Shown here: positions 1-11,685 of the stretch, piece by piece | Position numbering within the stretch: position 1 is the first letter of the stretch | Layout of the letters: each line of letters starts with the position of its first letter | NCBI GenBank assembly: GCA_963804165.1 | Contig: CAWDPO010000011.1 | Coordinates: forward strand, 1-64,000 | From: an uncultured delta proteobacterium | GTDB lineage: Bacteria > Desulfobacterota > Binatia > UBA9968 | Direction: 5' to 3' | DNA: 64,000 bases | Translations under genes and position numbers: made by a program | Notes under the pieces: model-generated | Databases searched by the model: none | The model's input: the letters and a program-made list of their open reading frames with translations, nothing else | What the model was told of the DNA's origin: nothing

Positions 1-5
1 TTTCC

Positions 6-1432
6 ATGAGCAAGGATCTGCGAGACTTTCTCGACGACCTGCAAGAGCGGCTGCCCTATGACTTTGTCCGCATCGACCGCCCGGTCTCGCCTAAAGACTT
101 CGAAGTGACCGCTCTGCTCCAGCACCTCGAGAATCAAAAAAAATTTCCTGTCCTGTTTTTTGAGAAACCGCTCGATCTCAACGGTAAACCCTCCGCTTTC
201 CCGCTGCTGAGCAATGTCTTCGCCACCCGCCAGCGTTGCGCGCTGTCTCTCGGCATGAAAGCCAATGAAGGCGACTTGCCGCTGAGCCTGGAGTATGCGC
301 GCCGCGAGGACATGTTGCTTGCTCCGGTAATGATTGCCCGCAGCGAGGCGCCGGTCAAACAGGTCATCAAGCGCGGCGACGAGGCGATCTACGATCTCCC
401 CGTCGTTCGCCACCATGCGATGGACCCGGCGCCGTACATCGACATGACGCCGGTAATGAAGGACCCCGATGGAGGTTTTTACAATATCGCCTTCCAACGC
501 AATATGGTGAAAGGTCCAAGAAAAAGCTCGGCCTGCACATGTCGCCGCGGCACAACTGGCAAATCCATCGGCCAGAACGAGGAGAAAAACCGGGCGACGC
601 CTGTGGCCATCGTCGTCAGCCATCATCCGGCATTTTATTTGGGCTCGCTGAATGTCTCACCATTCGGTGTGGACGATTACGCCAAGGTCGGCGCCATTAT
701 GGGCGCGGCGCTTCGGCTCACGCCGTCGGAAACCCTCGGCGAAGATTTCATGGTACCGGCCGACGCCGAGATGGTGATCGAAGGGCATGTGCTGCCCAAT
801 GTGAAAGAAGTCGAGGGGCCATTCGGAGAATTTACCGGCTACACGGCCCGCAGCGGTTGCGTAACGTCATCGAAGTGAGCGCCATCACGCACCGCAGCGA
901 CGCAATCTTTCAGCATATCTTTACAGGCCATCGCGACACATGGGTGCTCGGCGGCATTCCCAAGGAAGGAAGCCTGTTTAATCTCATCCGCGGCGTCGTG
1001 CCGACGATCAAAGCCGTGCATTTCCCAATGTCGGGTAGCTGCCGTTTTAACTGCTACATTTCCATCGACAAGAAAGTTGACGGCGAGACCAAGCAGGCGG
1101 CGCTGGCCGCGCTCGGCGGCTGCGACTTCGTCAAGCACGTCGTCGTCGTCGACGCTGATATCGACATTTATAACGAAGAAGAAGTCATGTGGGCCGTCGC
1201 CACGCGGGTGCAAGCGGACCAGGACGTAGACATCATTAAAAACGTCAAAGGCAACACTCTCGACCCTTCCCAGACCGACAACATCATGACCGCCAAGATG
1301 ATCATCGACGCGACGAAGCCGGTTCAGCGTCCCTACGAAGCTCGCGTGGCCGTTCCAAAAACGGCCATGGAAAAAACGCGCCTCGAAGATTTCATTCCAC
1401 GCGCGGTTATCGACCGGCTGCCGAAGGTCTAG
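6..1432 (+). CDS. UbiD-family (prFMN-dependent) decarboxylase, frameshifted in this assembly
   Basis: ORFs 6..878 and 539..1432 join into one UbiD-like protein (VPADAEMVIEG, EGPFGEFTGY, VVVVDADIDIYNEEEVMWAVATR, LDPS). Indels near 523, 571 and 842. Confidence 0.88.
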
Positions 1433-1461
1433 CCAGGTCCGTGGCGGAGAGAGTATCGGGG

Positions 1462-1537
1462 TATTCACCGCGGAGGTGCGGAGGTCGCAGAGTAAAGGTT
1501 TTTTTATTAAGAAAATACTCCGAACTCTGTGTACTCT
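1462..1537. repeat. Hairpin repeat family A (CACCGCGGAGG-CGCAGAG arms), left part; the right arm continues at 3410-3427 beyond the IS
   Basis: The 31-nt arm starting at 1462 is an imperfect inverted repeat of 1525-1537 plus 3410-3427. Confidence 0.75.
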
Positions 1538-3409
1538 ACGGTCGTGAGAAAAAATCGAAACTTGGCGACGTGAGTCGTTCTCGCATGTCGGCGGTTTTCT
1601 CAGTTGCAGAAAAACCATCCGTGCTCAGTGGTTGAGCCGATTCGGACACGCTGTTGGGCTCATTAGCCGCCCCAACTCGCGATTTTCCCCTCTACACGAG
1701 CTGCTTCTCCCTTTTCAGGACGCGGGTACCGTTGCCACTTGTCTCCAGCACAGACGAATCCAGATGCGGATGTTATAAGTTAGACAAGCCCACAACGCCT
1801 CCATCCCCACCTGGACTAACCCGCGCACGCTGAACTGGCGTAGCCCAAACTTCGCCTTGATCCACAGATTGGCGTCTCGGCCACCTGCGCTCTGGTTTTG
1901 TAGATCTCGCGCGCTCTTTCGCTCTGCATCTTGTGGCGAAACTCAGCCACTTCGGCCAACTCTTCGCTGCGATGCACCGATCGCCCCGTCACTCGATTCC
2001 CAGGACAACATTGGCTCTTCATCGGACATCCCTCGCAGTCCGATCTCTGCGCTCGATACCGCTAGCTCAGCTGCAGGTGGCGCTCTTCTTTGCCCTCGTA
2101 CGAGAGTATCTTTCCCTGCGGACAGCGATCACTATTGCTCTGGGCATCGTAGATAAACTGGGAACTTTGATACTCGGCGCTCACGCCGCGGCTGTCATAG
2201 GAACTCTGTCCCTTGCCCGCCTCATCGACACAGGGGGCGATGTACTCTATGGCCTGCCGCTTCATCGCCACGATCGTATCTCGGCTGACAAATCCTCCGT
2301 CGGTGACCACCTCTTTAGGGGTCTCGCCTTGGTTCCGTTGCACTCGGTCAATCCCAGGCTCCAATTGCTCGAAGTCATTGCCCGCTTGCACCACTCCCAC
2401 CGCCACCACCACACAGTTCTTCGCATCGGTGTCGATCTGCACGTTGGAGCTCGGCGCAAAGCCACCGTCAGGTTGCTTCATCACTCGCGCCTCAGGATCA
2501 CTCGTGCTGACTCGTCTGTGCTCTTTGTCCTTGCCTTCTTTCTCCAGTTGCTCAAATTCCTTAAGCACCTGCTCCAACCGCTCCTGGCGTTCGCGGGCCG
2601 CTCGCTGGCGTGCCGTGGCCATGCGCCGGCTGGTTTCCTCTTCGCTCTGCGCTTGGAGCGCGGCGACTTGCTCCTTGGCTTCTTTGAGCGCTTGTTCGAC
2701 TCGCTCTTTTCTCCGAAAACTATCCTGGGCCGCCTTCGCTCCAATCTTGGTCCCGTCCTGCATCACCCGTTCCAGCGTGATCAGTCCATCGGCACTCAAC
2801 AGCCCCAGGATCTGGACGAACAATCCTTGGAGCGCCTTGTCGTGCTTGACGCGAAAGTCCGATAGCGTATGGGCATTGACCACTCTTGATCCCGTCAGCC
2901 ACTGGTAGGCCGGCTCCCATTCACATAACTCTTCGATCGCTCGCGCTGATCCGACTCCTTGACTGTACGCATACACCCACAGGCTGATCAGTAACCGCGG
3001 CTCCCACCCGGGCCGTCCCGCTTTGCCCTCCACCGCTCGAACCTCTTCTCGGTACCCGCTCATATCCAGCCGCCCAACAAATTCCCAGATCGCTCGCGCC
3101 GCATGCTCTTCCCCGATCAGCCGCTCTACATCCACCCGCCGCCAACACAGCTGCTCGCGGTCGATCACTTCGTAGCGCGGCTTGCTAAACCTGGCTTCAG
3201 ACTTCGGCCTGCCTTCCCCTTCAGCTTCACTCAAAACCGCCGCTTCACACCCCGCCAATCTCCCTTGTTCAATCCCCACTCTCTTTTCTCCTCGTCCGCT
3301 CCGCTTCACGTCTGACTTCTATTATAAGAGTCCGGCTCTTGCTCTGAACTTCAGTATGCTCCTATATATACTACGCCCCTGAGCCGCCGGGTATTTTTTC
3401 TCATGTCCT
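1538..3409 (-). mobile_element. IS1182-family insertion sequence, about 1.87 kb
   Basis: Terminal inverted repeats GGTCGTGAGAAAAAAT (1540-1555) and the reverse complement of 3393-3408 (GGACATGAGAAAAAAT), 14/16 identical, enclosing the transposase. Ends accurate to about 2 nt. Confidence 0.85.
1715..3309 (-). CDS. IS1182-family DDE transposase, C-terminus frameshifted
   Basis: GRPGWEPRLLISLWVYAYSQGVGSARAIE, HTLSDFR, QDGTKIGA, STSDPEARVMK, TDGGF. The C-terminal IYKTRAQVAE..WIKAKFGLRQFSVRGL continues in other frames at 1715-2060. True start uncertain. Confidence 0.85.
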
Positions 3410-3459
3410 GCGTCTCTGTGGTGAATACTCCTTAACTCAAAAACATAAGAGGAACTGCT

Positions 3460-5130
3460 ATGCGCGTCTACGAAGCCATCGGTGAAACTCTAAAACGTCT
3501 CAACGTGCAGGCGACGTTTGGCCTGATGGGCGATGGTAATCTGCGCTTTATGACGCACCTGGCAGAGGAACTGGGTATGCCTTACTATGCCGCTCGTCAT
3601 GAGGGGGGCGCGGTGGCCATGGCAGATGGCTACGCTCGCGTGACCGGCCGGGTCGGTGTTTGCAGCGTCACGCAGGGGCCGGGCGTCACCAACACTCTCA
3701 CGGCTTTGACCGAGGCGCGCAAAGCCAGCACTCCGATGTTACTCCTTGCGGGCGATACCGCGGCACGGATCTTACGGCACAATCAGGATGTCGACCAGAC
3801 TGCCATATTCAAATCGGTCGGTGTTACCGTGGCACGAGTGCGCTCGCCAGAGACGCTGATGATCGATCTCACCCGCGCTTACAATCGAGCTCTAGCCGAG
3901 CAGCAGCCCATCGCGATCTCCATCCCGAGTGACATGCAAGGGCTGGAGTGTGAGGCGGATGGATTAGCTGCGGTGACAGTGCAAACGTCAATGCCGAGCC
4001 GGCCTCCGGCTGAAGAAATTCGCCGCGCCGTGGAGTTAATCGCCGCCTCTAAGCGGCCGGCGATCATCGCCGGCCGGGGGGCAGTTCGTTCGAACGCCAG
4101 GGAAGCGCTAGAACGTTTGGCCGAGCAGATCGGCGCATTGTTGGCGACCACCGCCCAGGCCAAGGGTTTGTTTGCGGGGAATCCTTTTTACGTCGGAAGC
4201 TCCGGCGGATTTGCCTGGGAACTGGGTGAGCGGCTGCTTCCACAGGCTGATTTGATTTTGGCGTTTGGCGCCAGCCTGAACTACTGGACCACCCGAAACC
4301 GCGAGCTCTATAGTCCCACCGCGCGTATTCTGCAGTGCGACAGAAACAGCGCGGCCATCGGCGCTCTTACATCTGCTGATTTTGGTTTGGTAGGCGACGT
4401 AGCGGCGACCGCCAAAGCTCTAACCGAGGAGTCGGCTCAGCGCGGCTTTAGCGCTACCGGTTTTCGCACGCCGGAGATCCGCCGGGAGATCGAATCATTT
4501 CGACTCGATAACTTCCAGGATCAAAGCAACGGCCGCACGATCGATCCGCGCACATTGATGCTCAATCTCGATCGGATGCTACCGCGAAATAGAACTGTCG
4601 TGATCGACAGCGGGCATTGCATGGGCTGGCCGATCATCTACCTTTCCGCGCCGGACGCCGCCGGCTTTGTTTTTTCCAACGACTTCATGGCGGTCGGTTT
4701 AGGTTTGGGAACCGCCTTCGGCGCCGCGGTCGCCCACCCCGATCGTCTGACCATTTGCACCCCGGGTGATGGCGGGCTCATGATGAGTCTCGGTGAGCTC
4801 GAGACTTTCGTGCGTTATAAAATTCCGGCGCTCGTGGTCGTCCTCAACGACGCGTCGTATGGCGCGGAGGTGCATTTGCTCCAAAACGTCGGCTTGCCGG
4901 GACATGGGGCTTTCTTCCGCGACAATGACTTTGCCGCCATCGCCACGGCGATGGGCGCCGATGGAATCACCGTCCGCGACGTCGGAGACCTTGAAAGGCT
5001 GCGAACCTGGCTCGATGAGCGCCACGGACCGATGGTAATCGATTGCAAGCTCGACGCGCAGCTGCGCGGCGACTGGTTCAGCAAAGTGTTCGCCCCCGGC
5101 GGCTGGTATCAGCGCATGTGCGGGCATTGA
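3460..5130 (+). CDS. Thiamine diphosphate-dependent enzyme (acetolactate synthase/benzaldehyde lyase-like)
   Basis: 556 aa; ARHEGGAVAMADGYAR, QGPGVTN, GDGG...VLND ThDP-binding motif. Confidence 0.92.
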   Translation: MRVYEAIGETLKRLNVQATFGLMGDGNLRFMTHLAEELGMPYYAARHEGGAVAMADGYARVTGRVGVCSVTQGPGVTNTLTALTEARKASTPMLLLAGDTAARILRHNQDVDQTAIFKSVGVTVARVRSPETLMIDLTRAYNRALAEQQPIAISIPSDMQGLECEADGLAAVTVQTSMPSRPPAEEIRRAVELIAASKRPAIIAGRGAVRSNAREALERLAEQIGALLATTAQAKGLFAGNPFYVGSSGGFAWELGERLLPQADLILAFGASLNYWTTRNRELYSPTARILQCDRNSAAIGALTSADFGLVGDVAATAKALTEESAQRGFSATGFRTPEIRREIESFRLDNFQDQSNGRTIDPRTLMLNLDRMLPRNRTVVIDSGHCMGWPIIYLSAPDAAGFVFSNDFMAVGLGLGTAFGAAVAHPDRLTICTPGDGGLMMSLGELETFVRYKIPALVVVLNDASYGAEVHLLQNVGLPGHGAFFRDNDFAAIATAMGADGITVRDVGDLERLRTWLDERHGPMVIDCKLDAQLRGDWFSKVFAPGGWYQRMCGH

Positions 5131-5162
5131 TTCACGACAAAGACCGTCAGAAAGAGAGATTG

Positions 5163-5400
5163 CACCGCACGAGGCGCAGAGTTCGCAGAGTTCGAAAGTT
5201 CATTTTGATCAATAAACTCTTTACTCCGCGTCTTCGGCGTCTCCGCGGTGAATATCCGGTGGTTATTCGCACAGTGCGCGATAGTTCCGCAAGAGAAAGT
5301 CGGAATATATCGCGCAGGCGAGGAAAGACGCAAACTTTTTTCCGAATCGGACCCCTTTGAATAAATTCTTTACTCCGCGTCCTCGGCGCCTCCGCGGTGA
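5163..5400. repeat. Hairpin repeat family A: one full copy (5163-5254) and one partial copy (about 5365-5400)
   Basis: CACCGCACGAGGCGCAGAGTTCGCAGAG ... CTCCGCGTCTTCGGCGTCTCCGCGGTG; arms and spacer resemble 1462-1537 in opposite orientation. Confidence 0.75.
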
Positions 5401-5490
5401 GTCATCTTCTGCCCTCTTTCCCCAATCTTACTTGCTTGACGCCCCGAACCGCCTGACATAAAAGTCAGCGATCCCTATCTCGGTCTTTCT

Positions 5491-8400
5491 ATGGCTGCCA
5501 CCACAAAGAAAGGTTCCCGGAAAACAAAGGCAAAGCCGCGCCGGCCGGTGGTGAAAAAGTCACAGCCGAAAAAAGTAGAAAACTTTCAGTCATTGCGGCG
5601 GGAGCTCGACGAGGCGCTCGCCCGGGAAGCGGCCGCGAGCGATATTCTGCGGATGATCGCGAGCTCGCCGACTGAGCTTCAACTTGTGCTCGATGCGATT
5701 GCCGAGCGAGCGGCAAAACTGTGTGAAGCGGAAGATGCCGCCATTTTTCGAGTGGATGGCAATTCTTACCGCCGTGCAGCCCATTTTGGACCGGTTCCCA
5801 TGGCGACTGCCCTGGGTGAGGGCCGCATCATTGATCGCGATACGCCACCGGGTCGAGCGATTGCCGACCGGCAGACGATCCATATCCCTGACCTTCAAAC
5901 AGCCGAAGCTGAATTTCCGGGTGCCAAGACCCGTGGAATCGCAATGGGCCTCCGTACGGTGCTCTCCACACCGTTACTTCGTGAAGGTATTGCCATTGGT
6001 GCTATCCATATCCGCAGACGAGAGGTCCGTCCGTTCTCGGATAAGCAAATTAGATTGCTGGAAACCTTTGCCGCTCAAGCGATGATCGCGATTGAGAACG
6101 CGCGTTTATTTCAGGAACTTGGCGACAAAACCACAAAGCTTGAATCATCCAACTCCGAACTGCGCGAAGCACTGGAGCAGCAGACCGCCACGAGCGAAAT
6201 CCTGGGCGTCATCGCCAGCTCGCCGACGGATATTCAGCCGGTGCTGGACACCGTGGCAGCAAATGCCGCCCGACTATGCGAGGCAACCGATGCACAGATT
6301 CGCCTCGTTGATGGTGATGGAATCCGGTTAGTGGCATCTTACGGAACTCTGCCAGCTCCGGAGTTTAGATCCACGAGCCTACGAGGTCCCAGTAGCCGAG
6401 CGCTTCGTAACCGAGAGACCGTGCATGTTCACGATCTTTTGGAAGCAGCGAAAACCGAATATCCCGAGAGTGAGGGCGCGCGCTTTGGAGTCCGGACTAT
6501 TCTTTGTACGCCAATGCTAAGAGAGGGCGCTCCCATTGGTGTGATCAGTATCAGGCGAACGGAAGTTCGTCCTTTCTCGCACAGACAAATCAAGCTACTG
6601 GAAACTTTCGCCGACCAAGCCGTGATCGCCATCGAGAACGTGCGCTTGTTCAAGGAACTCGGCGAGCGCAACGCGGAATTGCGCGAGGCCCTTGAGCATC
6701 AGACGGCAACGGCCGAGGTGCTCGGCATCATCAGCCGCTCGCCTACGGACGTGCAGCCGGTCCTCGACGCCATCGTCGAGAGCGCCGCGCGAGTTTGTGG
6801 GATCGATGACGTGGTGCTGCGGCTCGCGAGGGAGACATTATGGTTCCGCGGGCTCATTTTGGTCCCATTCCCATTGGTCGCGTCGAGATCGGTATTGATG
6901 AGCCAGAGTTTCGCTGGATACGCGAGCATGGCACGCTCCATATTCCCGACATCCGCGCGCAGAACGATTTCCAATGGTGGCTACCGGCAGCTGGCGCACC
7001 TTCTTGTCCGTTCCTCTTCGCCAGCAAGGGGAACTCATTGGAGTACTTGTCCGCACGTCGCATCGAGGTGCGCCCCTTCACCCCGGCGCAGATCAAGCTC
7101 CTTGAAACATTCGCTGACCAGGCAGTGATCGCGATCGAGAACGTGCGGTTGTTCCGAGAACTGAAAGAAGCATTGGAACAACAGACCGCGACCAGTGAAA
7201 TCTTGGGTGTAATCGCCAGCTCGCCGACGGATATCCAGCCGGTGCTGGAAACTAGTCGCGGAAAATGCTGCCCGGTTTGTGGCGCGGACGATGCTGTCAT
7301 GTTGCGATCGCGTTGATGGACATGTCATGCCGAATGGCGGCGCGATACGGTCCGGTTCCAGGTGTTGCAGTCGAGCGCCTATCAATAGCCAATCGCCTCA
7401 CCGGCCGCGCCATGCCTGGACCGAGCAATCATTGACATCGGCAAACGACTTCACGTGGATGATCCTTGCGGCAAGAGCTTGAAACAGAGTTCTCCGAGAC
7501 ACTCAGGAAGCCAGCCGGCGCACGTACAGGCACCGAACTATCTTGCCACGCCGCTCTTGCGTGAAAGCGTAGCTATCGGCTCCCTCGTCATTCGTCGCCC
7601 GGAGGTTCGACCCTTCAGGCGAAAAACAAGTAGCCCTACTCAAGACTTTCGCCGATCAAGCGGTGATCGCAATCGAGAACGTGCGACTCTTCCGTGAACT
7701 CGGCGAGCGCAATGCCGAGTTGCGCGAAGCGCTGGAGCATCAGACGGCAACAGCCGAAGTGCTCGGCATCATCAGCCGCTCGCCGACGGATGTGCAGCCA
7801 GTGCTCGATGCTATCGTCGAGAGCGCAGCGAAGGTCTGTGGAATCGATGACGTGATGTTGCGAATGCGCGTTGAAAACAGCATGGTTCCGCGGGCCCATG
7901 TTGGTCCCATGCCTGTCTACCGTGGTGATATCGATGTCGAAGAACCACAGTATCGATGGCTTCGCGAATGTGGAACGCTCCACGTCCCGGACGTCCGTGA
8001 GCGGCCGGAACTTCAAGTCGGAGTCATTGGCGGTTGGCGTACGCTGCTGTCCGTGCCCCTTCATCAGCAAGGCCAACTAGTCGGGGCGCTCAACGCTCGT
8101 CGCATAGACGTTCGCCCCTTCACCCCGGCGCAGATCAAACTCCTGGAAACCTTCGCCGATCAAGCGGTCATTGCACTTGAGAACGTGCGCTTGTTTCAAG
8201 AACTCAAAGAATCACTGGAGCAGCAGACGGCCACGAGTGAGATTTTGGGCGTCATCGCCAGTTCGCCGACGGACATCCAACCGGTTCTTGATGTGGTCGC
8301 CGAGAATGCCGCACGACTCTGCGATGCAAGCCATGCCGTGATTCACCGCGTGGATGGTGACATTCTTCGGCGCGCGGCTGTTTTTGGAGGACTGTCACGA

Positions 8401-10485
8401 GGACCCGTCGGAGCAGAAGCCGCCCTGGATCGTGGCAAGCTCTCGCACCGGGCGGTGATCGAGCGACGAATTATACACCTCCACGATCTCGCTACGGAGG
8501 TTGAAAGCGAGTTTCCCGGCGACGCCGAGGTCGCCCATCGTCTAGGTATTCGGACAAATCTGGCCGTGCCGCTAATGCGCGAGGACACTGCCGTCGGTGT
8601 AATCATTATTCAGCGCACCGAAGTTCGCCCCTTCACAGAAAAACAAATCGCCCTACTAAAAACTTTCGCCGATCAAGCTGTGATCGCGATTGAGAACGTG
8701 CGGCTGTTCAAAGAATTGCAAGAACGCAATTCAGAGCTGCGCGAGGCTCTCGAGCATCAGACCGCAACTTCCGAAGTGCTCGGCATCATCAGCCGCTCGC
8801 CTACTGACGTGCAACCGGTCCTCGACGCCATCGTCGAGAGCGCCGCACGGGTTTGCGTGATCGATGACGTGGTGCTGCGGCTGCACGAGGGGGACGTGAT
8901 GGTTGCACGGGCTCATTTTGGTCCCGTACCCATTCGCCGTGTCGAGATCAGTATTGATGAGCCACAGTATCGCTGGATGCGCGAGCATGGCGCGCTCCAT
9001 ATTCACGACGTCCGCGCGCAGAACGACTTCCCGGAGATAGGTTCTGCCGGCAACCTCCGCACCCACTTGTCCGTTCCCCTTCGTCAGCACGGGGAACTCA
9101 TTGGATTACTGAACGCACGTCGCACCGAGGTGCGCCCCTTCACCCCGGCGCAAATCAAGTTGCTCGAAACTTTCGCCGACCAGGCCGTGATCGCCATCGA
9201 GAACGTCCGGCTGTTCCAAGAACTGGAGGCGCGGACCGGCGAGTTGGCGCGGTCGGTTGGAGAACTCAAAGCGCTGGGCGAGGTTGGCCAAGCCGTCAGC
9301 TCTACTCTCGATCTCCAGACTGTGCTCAGCGCCATTGTTGGCCACGCGGTGCAGCTCTCCGGAACCAGCGGGGGGGTTATCTACGAGTTCGACGAAGCTG
9401 CGCAAGAGTTTCACCTCAGGGCGAGTTTCCGCATGGAGGGAGAGATAGTTCAGGCGCTTCAGGTGACACCGGTCCGTCCGGGGCAAGGCGCGACGGGGCA
9501 AATGGCGACGGTTCGTGCGCCAGTTCAAGTGCCGGACATTTTAGAGGAGCGAGAATATACGGGTACTCGCGTGCGGCCCATGCTTGCACGTCTCGGCTAT
9601 CGATCTGTTCTAGCGGTTCCGCTGCTGCGCGAGGAGCGAATCATGGGCGCCTTGACGGTCTGGCGCAAGGAAGCTGGCAGCTTCTCAACCGAGATCGTGA
9701 ATCTCCTGCAAACCTTCGCCAGCCAATCCGCCCTGGCGATTCAAAACGCCCGGCTGTTCCGCGAGATCGAGGAAAAGAGCCAGCAGATTGAAGCCGCCAA
9801 CCGGCACAAATCGGAGTTCCTCGCCAACATGTCCCATGAGCTGCGCACGCCGCTTAATGCCATCATTGGCTTCTCTGAAGTGTTGCAGGAAAAACTCTTT
9901 GGCGAGCTAAACGAGAAACAAGCCGAGTACACCGACGACATCCTCACCTCCGGCCGCCATCTGCTCTCACTGATCAATGAGATTCTCGATCTGTCCAAGG
10001 TCGAGGCCGGGCGCATGGAGCTGGAGCTGGCGACGTTCGATCTTCCGTTGGCCATCGACAACGCGCGCACCTTCGTGCGCGAGCGGGCTACAAGACACGG
10101 CATCACTCTCGACGTTATGATCGACGAGCGCCTTGGTGACATCGTCGGTGATGAGCGCAAGATCAAACAGATACTTCTCAATCTGCTTTCCAACGCGGTG
10201 AAGTTCACGCCGGAGGGAGGACGGATCGGAATCAAGGCCCGGCATGCTGATGGTTCTGTGGAAATCTCGGTGAGTGACACCGGCATCGGCATCGCCCCGG
10301 AAGACCAGCCAAAGATATTCGAGGAGTTTCGCCAGGTGGGCTCCGACTATGCGCACAAGATCGAGGGAACGGGACTGGGGTTAACTCTCGCCAAGAAGTT
10401 CGTCGAGCTGCACGGGGGAAAGATTTGGGTGGAGAGCGAAGCGGGCAAGGGCAGTAAGTTCACGTTCACGCTGCCGATCGGATAA
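5491..10485 (+). CDS. Cytoplasmic multi-GAF (about 8 domains) sensor histidine kinase, about 1660 aa, with frameshifts at about 6830-7660
   Basis: ORFs 5491..7128, 6840..7316 and 7663..10485 share repeated [26 protein letters not shown] units. His[20 protein letters not shown]; HATPase [20 protein letters not shown]. Confidence 0.88.
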
Positions 10486-10492
10486 GAATATT

Positions 10493-10635
10493 CTCCCGCA
10501 AAGAACGCCAAGGACGCCAAAAAAAACGAGATAATGGGAAAGGCGGGAGGCCTTTGTGAGCTTAGCGTGCTTGGCGCGAGGAAAAAGGATTTCGGAGAAG
10601 AGTTATCTCGCGCAAAGTGCGCAAAGGACGCCAAG
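10493..10635. repeat. Hairpin repeat family B (CTCGCGCAAAG-CGCCAAG 9-mer arms), three arms
   Basis: Forward arm 10493-10521, inverted arm 10552-10580, forward arm 10607-10635. Confidence 0.7.
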
Positions 10636-10659
10636 GTTCGGAGAAGAAGGAGAAACAAA

Positions 10660-11139
10660 ATGTCTCTACAGGTAAAGCGTGAAAATGTGCCGGAGAAAAA
10701 GGTCGTGCTCAAGACCGGAGAAGGCGAAGGCTCGATGATCATTCGGCAGGCATACGGTAACGAGAGCAGTCTTCTCGTCGCGTTGCGACCGCCGGGCTAC
10801 CATACCAGGCCCCACATGCACGCTTCGGAGCAAATCAATCACGTGCTCGAAGGCGAAATCTGGTTTTTCGTAGAAGACAAGGGTTATTACTGTAAGGCAG
10901 GCGATTTTCATCGAATCCCAGCGAATCGCGTCCACTGGGCATGGAATCGTTCCCACGCCATCACCACCGTCGTTGAATCTCATTCGCCTCCGCTGGTCGG
11001 TGGCGATCTGCGCGACGGCGCGGCAGCGCTCTTCGATGAAAACGAAAGTCCCCAGCTGCGAGCGGAGGGTGAAAACAAGTTTGTCACCTACGACTCGGAA
11101 AAAGTGGAAAGCCAGTACTTTTCCGGCAAGAAGCAATGA
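10660..11139 (+). CDS. Cupin-domain protein
   Basis: HTRPHMHASEQINHVLEG...GDFHRIPANRVH cupin motifs; ATG 10660 follows an AAGGAG RBS. The longer ORF start runs through repeat B. Confidence 0.85.
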   Translation: MSLQVKRENVPEKKVVLKTGEGEGSMIIRQAYGNESSLLVALRPPGYHTRPHMHASEQINHVLEGEIWFFVEDKGYYCKAGDFHRIPANRVHWAWNRSHAITTVVESHSPPLVGGDLRDGAAALFDENESPQLRAEGENKFVTYDSEKVESQYFSGKKQ

Positions 11140-11188
11140 TTTCGTCGATGTTTGATGTCGGTAGGCAAACCGATATGACATGCCTAAA

Positions 11189-11629
11189 CTCCGTTCGCCC
11201 TGAGCTCGGTCGAAGGGCTCCGACAAGCAAATTGCGCTTGCGCGGAATACTGCGCGGGACAAGCGATCATTGAGTGACAAGATTATGAGTTTCTGGGTTT
11301 ATATTCTGCTTTGTGCCGATAACTCTTACTACACTGGGCATACCGATAATCTCGAAGAGCGCTTAGCAAAACATGAGACTGGTGAATTTGAGGGCTACAC
11401 TTCGGCGCGACTTCCAGTAAGGTTGATGTTCTCAGAGCAATTCTTGACTCGGGAAGAAGCGTTATCTTGTGAGCGACAGATCAAAGGTTGGAGTCGGAAA
11501 AAGAAGGAAGCGCTCATGCGCGGAGATTGGGCCGAAGTATCTCGGTTAGCTCGCAGTGGTCATCGTTCGATAACCTCAGAGTCTGTCCTGAGCGACGTTC
11601 ATCCTTCGACTGGCTCAGGACGAACGGAG
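11189..11629. repeat. Inverted repeat pair (family C) bracketing the GIY-YIG gene
   Basis: 11189-11216 CTCCGTTCGCCCTGAGCTCGGTCGAAGG versus the reverse complement of 11603-11629, CTCCGTTCGTCCTGAGCCAGTCGAAGG. Confidence 0.85.
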
Positions 11630-11641
11630 ATGAAGGAGTGA
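11285..11641 (+). CDS. Stand-alone GIY-YIG nuclease family protein
   Basis: FWVYILLCADNSYYTGHTDNLEERLAKH...EALSCERQIKGWSRKKKEAL. Confidence 0.9.
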   Translation: MSFWVYILLCADNSYYTGHTDNLEERLAKHETGEFEGYTSARLPVRLMFSEQFLTREEALSCERQIKGWSRKKKEALMRGDWAEVSRLARSGHRSITSESVLSDVHPSTGSGRTEMKE

Positions 11642-11685
11642 CTGGGAGACTGATTACCCACGAAACTCGAAAAAGCGGAATAACG

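Noticed and set aside
5491-10485. GAF repeats as a diversity-generating retroelement or CRISPR-like array
   Set aside because: They are protein-coding domain repeats; no reverse transcriptase, and no adenine-specific variation was apparent by eye.
10534-10659. N-terminal extensions of ORF-track calls (10534, 11488, 19102, 39936, 51239, 60457)
   Set aside because: They run through repeats or intergenic DNA; downstream starts with an RBS, a signal peptide or the family-typical N-terminus fit better.
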